DNA of 64,000 nucleotides from the NCBI GenBank assembly GCA_016928955.1, contig JAFGJV010000039.1, forward strand, positions 43,744 to 107,743, given 5' to 3'. Of the stretch, positions 57,827 through 64,000 are shown one piece after another (position 1 is the stretch's first letter; each line of letters begins with the position of its first letter). This DNA is from Spirochaetales bacterium (GTDB lineage Bacteria; Spirochaetota; Spirochaetia; Treponematales; UBA12059). The translations under genes were made by a program, and so were the position numbers. Under the pieces are notes generated by a model. The model was not told the origin of the DNA. It saw nothing but the letters and a program-made list of their open reading frames with translations, and made no database searches.

Positions 57827-59467
57827 CTAGCGCACCTCATGGATGACGCGCGCCATCGGCATGCGCCTGCCAACGCCAAAAGCCCGGGGCGACACCTTGA
57901 TGACGGGCGCCGCCTGCCGGCGCTTGAACTCGGCGCGGGCGGTCAGCTTGACGGCCCGCCTCACCGTTTCCGGGTCGTGCCCGAGCGCCACGATGGCGTC
58001 CGCGTCCAGGTCTCGCTCCAGGTACAGCTCCAGCACGGCGTCCAGCTCCGGATAGGGCGGCAGGGAATCCTGGTCCAGCTGGCCGGGCCTGAGCTCGGCC
58101 GATGGCGGCTTGTCTATGATGGACCTGGGTATGGTTCCGTCCCGCGCGTGGATGCGTTCGCACAGGGCGTACACTTCTGTTTTCAGCAGGTCGCCGATCG
58201 GGGCCAGGGCTCCGCACATGTCGCCGTACAGCGTGCAATAGCCCACGGCCAGCTCGCTCTTGTTGCCCGTGGTCAGGAGCATGGAATCGTGTTTGTTCGA
58301 GAAGGCCATGAGGATGTCGCCGCGTATCCGGGCCTGGAGGTTTTCCTCGGTCAGGCCGGCCACAGGACTCCCAAAGGCCGGGCCCAGGGTGTCCAGAAAG
58401 GCGGCAAAGGGTTTTTCTATGGACACTGTGTCCATGCGGCAGCCCAGTTGGTCGCACAGTTCGCGGCTGTGAGATACCGACCCTTCGGAGCTGTAGCGCG
58501 ACGGCATGGTAATGCAGGTCAAATTTTCAGGGCCCAGGGCCTTTGCGCCGATGACGGCCACCAGCGCCGAGTCTATGCCCCCTGACAGCCCAAGGTGGGC
58601 TTTCTTAAAGCCGCACTTGGTCATATAGCCTCGCACGCCCTCCACCAGGGCCCGTTCCAGCTCGTCCCAACGGTCAGGCAGTTCCGGCTCTGATCCTGGG
58701 GCGCTGCCGCTGTCCACAAGCAGTTCGCCCTGTCCAAAGGGTCCCAGGTCCCGGAGGCCGCCGTCGGGTCCAACCAGGAAGCTGCGTCCGTCGAACACCA
58801 GGCTGTCGTTCGCGCCAGCCGCGTTGCAGTAGGCCACCGGCACGCCGCCGGAGCGGGCCAGGTCTGCGCACAGTTTTGCCCTGAGGCCGAGCTTGTCCAT
58901 TTGATAGGGCGACGCGGACGGCACCACGATGAGCTGGGCGCCTGCGTCCAAGAGCTCTCGCGGGGGATCCACGGCGTAGCGCAGGCCCGGCACGGGTTCG
59001 GTCTCGCGCCACAGGTCCTCGCAAATGGCAAAGCCGATGCGCGTGCCACGGTATTCCCACACCGCGCGCTCGGTCGCCGGCTCGAAATACCGCGCCTCGT
59101 CGAACACGTCGTAGGTGGGCAGGAGGCTTTTTGCCTGCTCGAAAACGATGGCCCCGTCCAGGAGCACGGATACCACGTTGGTCAGGGCACGGCCCCGGCC
59201 GCTTCGGTTGCGGCCGATATGGCCCACGGCTACCGCCACGCCCCCGGGCAGTTCGCGCTGGAGCCTACGGAAGGCGTCCTCGTCGCGCCGGGCGAACGAG
59301 GGTTGGCCCAAGAGGTCCATGGGCGGATAACCGGATATGACGGATTCCGGAAGGACGATCAGGTCCGGGCTGGACGGAAGGACGCGGTTCACGGCTGCAA
59401 GGACGCGGTCCACGTTGCCGTCAAAATCCGCGATGACTGAGTCGATCTGGCACAGCGCGATTTTCAT
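57827..59467 (-). CDS. nadE: Glutamine-dependent NAD+ synthetase
   Basis: Nitrilase domain (LPE, K, ICED) plus GLSGGIDS, ENLQARIR, TGNKSE, PSAEL. Confidence 0.95.
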   Translation of the reverse strand: MKIALCQIDSVIADFDGNVDRVLAAVNRVLPSSPDLIVLPESVISGYPPMDLLGQPSFARRDEDAFRRLQRELPGGVAVAVGHIGRNRSGRGRALTNVVSVLLDGAIVFEQAKSLLPTYDVFDEARYFEPATERAVWEYRGTRIGFAICEDLWRETEPVPGLRYAVDPPRELLDAGAQLIVVPSASPYQMDKLGLRAKLCADLARSGGVPVAYCNAAGANDSLVFDGRSFLVGPDGGLRDLGPFGQGELLVDSGSAPGSEPELPDRWDELERALVEGVRGYMTKCGFKKAHLGLSGGIDSALVAVIGAKALGPENLTCITMPSRYSSEGSVSHSRELCDQLGCRMDTVSIEKPFAAFLDTLGPAFGSPVAGLTEENLQARIRGDILMAFSNKHDSMLLTTGNKSELAVGYCTLYGDMCGALAPIGDLLKTEVYALCERIHARDGTIPRSIIDKPPSAELRPGQLDQDSLPPYPELDAVLELYLERDLDADAIVALGHDPETVRRAVKLTARAEFKRRQAAPVIKVSPRAFGVGRRMPMARVIHEVR

Positions 59468-59542
59468 TGATCCCCCAGGGGGACGCGGCCAGGCGGACCG
59501 CCTCGCCTTGCATCCGCCCGGCGGCCATAGTACACTGGCGCG

Positions 59543-60160
59543 GTGAAAATGACAACGTTGGTACTTCCCGCCGGCTCGGAGGACGCGGACATCCTGTCCG
59601 CCGACCTTGAAGCCGCCGGCCATACCGTCATCCAGGCCAGACGGGGACGGCCAGGCGGCCCGGACGGCGGTCCTGCCTGGGATCCCCTGTCCTTTGTGTC
59701 GGCCAGATCCCTCTTGATAGAGGCAGAAGCCTCCGGCAACGGACGCTTGGACGCCGTGGTCGTCTTCGCGTCGCCCCCGCCTGACCAGACCGGCCTGGCC
59801 GAAACGCCGGCCAAGGACATAGAACACTCGGTTCTGGAGTGGTCGGCTGGCCACGCCCAGCTGGTCAAGGAAATCCTGGTACGCTTCCGTGAGCGCGGAG
59901 CGGGCACGCTGGTCCTGGTGGTGCGACAGGCTGACCAGGGCGGCCCCCTGTCGGCCATGGCCTCAGGCGCCCTGTCCGGCCTTGCGGAAAGCCTGGCGGC
60001 CTCACGGGGCGGGCCATGGCGCTTCTTGGGAGTGCACGACGAGTCCGGGCAGGATGGGGCCGCCGGCCATTTTGTCGCAAAACTTCTTGCCGACCCGCCT
60101 AAAGACTCTGGCAAGGTCATCCGTTTTACGGGCCGCCAGGGCCTGTTCGGCCAGCGCTAG
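59543..60160 (+). CDS. Hypothetical protein with degenerate SDR-like Rossmann features
   Basis: GRLDAVVV, GTLVLV, ASGALSGLAESLA resemble SDR segments; 2 nt upstream of pfkA. Confidence 0.55.
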   Translation: MKMTTLVLPAGSEDADILSADLEAAGHTVIQARRGRPGGPDGGPAWDPLSFVSARSLLIEAEASGNGRLDAVVVFASPPPDQTGLAETPAKDIEHSVLEWSAGHAQLVKEILVRFRERGAGTLVLVVRQADQGGPLSAMASGALSGLAESLAASRGGPWRFLGVHDESGQDGAAGHFVAKLLADPPKDSGKVIRFTGRQGLFGQR

Positions 60161-60162
60161 GC

Positions 60163-61266
60163 ATGGGTACGCGGGTACGCCGCTTCGGCATCCTGACCTC
60201 GGGCGGCGACTGCCCGGGTCTCAACGCGGCCATCCGCGGGGTGGCCAAAGCGGCGTCCGGACGCTACGGCATGGAAGTGGTCGGGATATCGCGCGGCTAC
60301 CGCGGCCTTATTGAAGGCGAGGCCCGCACCCTTGGCCAGGACGACTTCTCGGGCATCCTGACCCTGGGCGGCACCATCCTGGGCGCGTCCCGCGAAAAAC
60401 CGTTCAAATCCTGCGACGAAGGGTCGTGCTCGGACGCCGAGGCTGGCATGGACAAACCCGAGCGGATTCTTGAGAACATGGACAGGCTGAAACTGGACGC
60501 CCTGGTGGTGCTCGGCGGCAACGGCACCAACACCACGGCTCACCTGCTGTCGCAACGGGGCGTGCCCGTCATCGGCCTGCCAAAAACCATAGACAACGAT
60601 ATCTGGGGCACGGAACTCAGCTTTGGCTTCCACTCGGCCATGGACATAGCCGCAGAATCGATAGACCGCCTGCACTCCACGGCCCTGTCCCACGACCGGG
60701 CCATGGTGATCGAGCTCATGGGCCACAAGGCCGGCTGGCTGGCCCTGCATGCCGGCGTTGCGGCCGGGGGCGACGTCATCCTGATACCGGAACTGCCGTA
60801 CCAGGTATCCGAGGTGGCGGCCAGCCTGGAAAAACGGCGGGCCGAGGGCAAGCGTTTCAGCATCGTGGTGGTGGCGGAGGGTGCCCTGTCCGCGGAAGAG
60901 GCCGCGCTTCCCAAAAAAGAGCGGAAGCGGCGGAGGGAAGCCGAGCCCTACCCATCCATAGGCTACCGCGTGGCCGCCGAGATAGAACAGGCCATAGGCA
61001 TGGAGGCCAGGGTGACCGTGCTGGGCTATCTCCAGCGAGGCGGCACGCCCAGCCCCTACGACCGGGTGCTGGCCACCGCTTTTGGCACGGCGGCGGCGGA
61101 GCTTCTGGACGCTGGCCGCTTTGGCCTTATGGTGGCCATGAACGACGGGCGGATAGGCACGGTGCCCTTGTCCGTGGTCGCCGGAAAAACCAGAACCGTG
61201 CCCGTGGAACATCCGCTCCTGGGCACGGCTCGCCTGGTGGGTACCTGCCTGGGCGTGCCGGACTGA
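60163..61266 (+). CDS. pfkA: 6-phosphofructokinase (probably ATP-dependent)
   Basis: TSGGDCPGLN, GGNGT, PKTIDND, ELMGH, LGYLQRGG. Confidence 0.93.
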   Translation: MGTRVRRFGILTSGGDCPGLNAAIRGVAKAASGRYGMEVVGISRGYRGLIEGEARTLGQDDFSGILTLGGTILGASREKPFKSCDEGSCSDAEAGMDKPERILENMDRLKLDALVVLGGNGTNTTAHLLSQRGVPVIGLPKTIDNDIWGTELSFGFHSAMDIAAESIDRLHSTALSHDRAMVIELMGHKAGWLALHAGVAAGGDVILIPELPYQVSEVAASLEKRRAEGKRFSIVVVAEGALSAEEAALPKKERKRRREAEPYPSIGYRVAAEIEQAIGMEARVTVLGYLQRGGTPSPYDRVLATAFGTAAAELLDAGRFGLMVAMNDGRIGTVPLSVVAGKTRTVPVEHPLLGTARLVGTCLGVPD

Positions 61267-61290
61267 GAAATCAGCTCCGGCGTCCCGGGT

Positions 61291-62304
61291 TTATTGGGAT
61301 GTCTCGCTGTCCGTCGGGGTGTCCGCCGGGATACCGGCCGGGGCAGGAGCTTGGCTTGCCTTGCGCGCCACCAGGTACCTCCACAGCATGAAGAGCCCGC
61401 CGCCCACTATCATGAGCAGGCACAAGAGCTGGCCCATGGAGAAATTCCACGGCGTTGAGAAATAGTGTATGGAAGCGTTCGGGTCGCCCAGCTTGATGAT
61501 GTAGCCGATGTCCGCGTCGGGTTCGCGCACGTACTCGATCAGGAAGCGGAACAGGCCGTAACCCATCACGTATAGGCCTATGGCAAAGCCCTTGAAGGTC
61601 TTCCGGGGGCGCACCAGGAACCACATGATCAGCCACAGGACAATGCCCTCAAAAAACGCCTCGTACAGCTGGGACGGATGGCGCGGCAGGTTGATCATGG
61701 CGCCCTCAACGGCCAGGCCTGCCTTGGCGGCTATGTCCTGTACCCAAGGTTCGGACGCGGGGAAACGGGCGGCGTCCGGGAAGATCATGGCCCAGGGAGT
61801 TGCGCTCACCTTGCCCCAGAGCTCGGCGTTGATGAAGTTGCCCAGGCGCCCGAAGGTGTAGCCAAGGGGCGCCGCCATGGCGACCATGTCGCCCCAGGCC
61901 AGGTAGTCTATCTTTTTGCGCCTGGCGTAGATGATGGTGCCCACGATGACTCCCACCAGGCCGCCGTGGAAGGACATGCCCCGGAAGCCTATGAACTGGC
62001 CGGCCTCAGAGAAGGGCCAGAAAATCAGCCACGGCTTGCGGAGGTACAGTCCGGTCGGGTCGTACAGCAGGGTGCCGAACAGCCTGGCGCCTATGATGAG
62101 GCCCAGAATGGCCGCCAAGAAGAACCCGGCCATGTCGTCGTCGCTGTAACCTAGTTTGCGTTCCTTGACCTGCCGCTTGAACAGCAGATAGGTGATGCCG
62201 AAGGCCACCAGGTACATGAGGCCGTACCAGCGCAGCGGAAACTGTGGAAGGAAAGGCAGGATCTCGGGTTTTATCCACGAGGGAAATTGTATGGCGGCGA
62301 GCAT
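61291..62304 (-). CDS. lgt: Prolipoprotein diacylglyceryl transferase
   Basis: LRWYGLMY, GMSFHGG, GRLGNFINAE, RHPSQLYE. Confidence 0.95.
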   Translation of the reverse strand: MLAAIQFPSWIKPEILPFLPQFPLRWYGLMYLVAFGITYLLFKRQVKERKLGYSDDDMAGFFLAAILGLIIGARLFGTLLYDPTGLYLRKPWLIFWPFSEAGQFIGFRGMSFHGGLVGVIVGTIIYARRKKIDYLAWGDMVAMAAPLGYTFGRLGNFINAELWGKVSATPWAMIFPDAARFPASEPWVQDIAAKAGLAVEGAMINLPRHPSQLYEAFFEGIVLWLIMWFLVRPRKTFKGFAIGLYVMGYGLFRFLIEYVREPDADIGYIIKLGDPNASIHYFSTPWNFSMGQLLCLLMIVGGGLFMLWRYLVARKASQAPAPAGIPADTPTDSETSQ

Positions 62305-62395
62305 GGCCGTCCTCCGATCAAGAGGGAATAGGCCCCGTGCGGGCGCGTCGCCACTATACTCCCCCGCCGCCATGTAGGCAAGGTCGGGCCGGCGC

Positions 62396-64000
62396 TCAGG
62401 ACAGTGGCCGTTCGCTTATGTGGCCGCTCTGCACGTCGAACGAGAACACCACGCGCTGTTTCTTGGTCCTGATTTCCAGGTAGCGGTTGTGGCTTTCCAG
62501 CACCACGCCGGGGAACACGGTGCCGCGCACCACCACCTCGGCAGGATAGTGCTCCTCGAATTTCTCGTGGAGCTGGAACACGCGCATGGACCTGGCTTCC
62601 AGCAGTTTTACCAGCTTGAGTTTCTCCTGCCTGATGGCGCTCAGGTCCGAACCGTCGCGCTCGAGCTCGCGCATCTTCTTGTCCGCCTGCAGGATCATGG
62701 CCTTGGCGCGCTCCAGCTCACGCTCCTCGGCCTCGGCCGCGTCCTTGACCAGGTAGTCCTGGCCAAACGACACCAGCGTGCGCGACGCGTTTTCAGCGCC
62801 CAGGTTCTGCACCTCCAGGCCAAGCTTGGCCCTGGCCTGGCCGCCCACCAGGTGGCCGCGGTCCCCGAGCAGGGTGATCTTGCCGTTGCTCTTGAGCACG
62901 CATAGCAGGGACGAGTTTTTCAGCGTTATGTTGCCCACGGCCATGAGCTGGGCCTGCTCCGCGAACGACGCCTCTATGTTCCCGCGAGCCCTGACCGTGC
63001 CGCGGTGCGCGCCCTTGACACCCTCGCCTATGCGCACCGACGCGTCTGACGACACCAGTGACGCCTCCACCGACAAGGCCACGTTGACGTCGCCGTTGGC
63101 CATGAGGGAAAACCCGGACAGGACGTTTCCGCTCACGGACACGGGCCCCAGAAAGCGTATGTTGCCGGTGGCCGGGCCCACGTCCCCGTTGATCTTCCAT
63201 GCCGAGTCGACGCTCAGCCTGTTTTTTTCGAACCGCAGCTCGCCGGACCGCGCCGCGTACAGCATCCGGTTGCCGTTCTCAGCCCGTTCCTCGCGTATGG
63301 TGTCGTCCCACTCCGGCGGGTCCGTGGCCATGGGATCGCGGGGCGGCTTGATGGGCTTTCCGAACACGTCGGTGCCGTCCTGCCCGTCCCGGCCTATGGC
63401 CAGGAGTTCCAGTATGGCCTGGCCTTCCTTGACGATGGTGGAACGGTCCTGGTTCTTGAAATCCGTCGAGCCGTCAGCCCTGCGCGTAAAAGCCGCCCCG
63501 GTGGCCAGCTTGGTGATCCAGTTGAGGCTCCAGCCCCCGGACGGCACGGGTTCCTTCCCCGAGGCCACCAGGCGTTTGTCCACGGCCTGCCCGGCCTTGG
63601 CCTCGGCCAGGGCCGCCGATACGGCCTTGAGATCCAGGCCAAAGGCCACGCCGGCCGCGCTCAGGGCTGCCTGCACGGCGTCCAGGTTGAGATCCCGGCC
63701 CAGGCCGTACTCCCGTTCAAGGGATATGAAGGCGCTCATGCCGTCCGCCGATGTCGACACGTCTATCCGCGCGTCACGGTACGGGATGACGCGCAGGCAC
63801 TCGGTCGTTTCCATCGTGGCGGCCACCAGTATGCCGTCGTCGTCGGCCAGGAAGGCGTCCTTGGCCGCGTGGACGTTCTCAAAGGCGCGGACGGCCGGGT
63901 CGTTGCCGGGCGGGGCCGGTATGGCCGCCCCGAACACGTCCATACCCGGCTGCCCCGGAGACGGCATGGACAGCCGCGCCAGCTCCTGGTCCTTCTCGAC
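62396..64000 (-). CDS. FapA (DUF342) family flagellar-associated protein, 3' part; 5' end beyond window
   Basis: GTDVFG, GDVGPATGNIRFLGPVSV, GTVFPGV; frame stays open to the window end (VEKDQELARLSM...). Confidence 0.82.
   Translation of the reverse strand, partial: VEKDQELARLSMPSPGQPGMDVFGAAIPAPPGNDPAVRAFENVHAAKDAFLADDDGILVAATMETTECLRVIPYRDARIDVSTSADGMSAFISLEREYGLGRDLNLDAVQAALSAAGVAFGLDLKAVSAALAEAKAGQAVDKRLVASGKEPVPSGGWSLNWITKLATGAAFTRRADGSTDFKNQDRSTIVKEGQAILELLAIGRDGQDGTDVFGKPIKPPRDPMATDPPEWDDTIREERAENGNRMLYAARSGELRFEKNRLSVDSAWKINGDVGPATGNIRFLGPVSVSGNVLSGFSLMANGDVNVALSVEASLVSSDASVRIGEGVKGAHRGTVRARGNIEASFAEQAQLMAVGNITLKNSSLLCVLKSNGKITLLGDRGHLVGGQARAKLGLEVQNLGAENASRTLVSFGQDYLVKDAAEAEERELERAKAMILQADKKMRELERDGSDLSAIRQEKLKLVKLLEARSMRVFQLHEKFEEHYPAEVVVRGTVFPGVVLESHNRYLEIRTKKQRVVFSFDVQSGHISERPLS

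Noticed and set aside
1-64000. CRISPR arrays, tRNA/rRNA genes, transposases, prophage or defence genes
   Set aside because: No regularly spaced repeats, cloverleaf candidates or recognisable mobile or defence protein motifs found by eye

Overview
GC-rich bacterial chromosomal segment, almost certainly from a spirochaete (spirochaete-type PRPP synthetase, DUF5312/DUF6675-like proteins, FapA, many lipoproteins). It is densely coding and mostly housekeeping: the 5' part of a multimeric [FeFe]-hydrogenase (hndA-HATPase-hndB-hndC) operon, adenylate cyclase, prs, purF-purM-purN-purD, cheR-cheB, nfu, parA-parB, eno, an RDD/SpoIIM/DUF4129/DUF4350/MoxR/DUF58 cluster, asparaginase, diguanylate cyclase, birA-bioY-ECF, copA-csoR, rrf2-cysK, a lipoprotein cluster, capA-nadE, pfkA, lgt and a partial FapA. 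I saw no rRNA, tRNA, CRISPR array, transposase or prophage. The most interesting unannotated signals are: (1) a 43-aa acidic Cys/His peptide missed by the ORF track, behind a promoter overlapped by a perfect Fur-box-like palindrome and convergent with nfu; (2) a BirA with an intact HTH and operator but a ligase active site that has lost most catalytic residues; (3) about nine genes with a -10 box 6-8 nt before the start codon, i.e. probably leaderless mRNAs; (4) a dispersed family of 34-41 bp palindromic repeats; (5) an uncharacterised LPP20-like lipoprotein operon and a divergent transglutaminase-like/PEGA gene pair. Family assignments come from motif recognition by eye, not from database searches.
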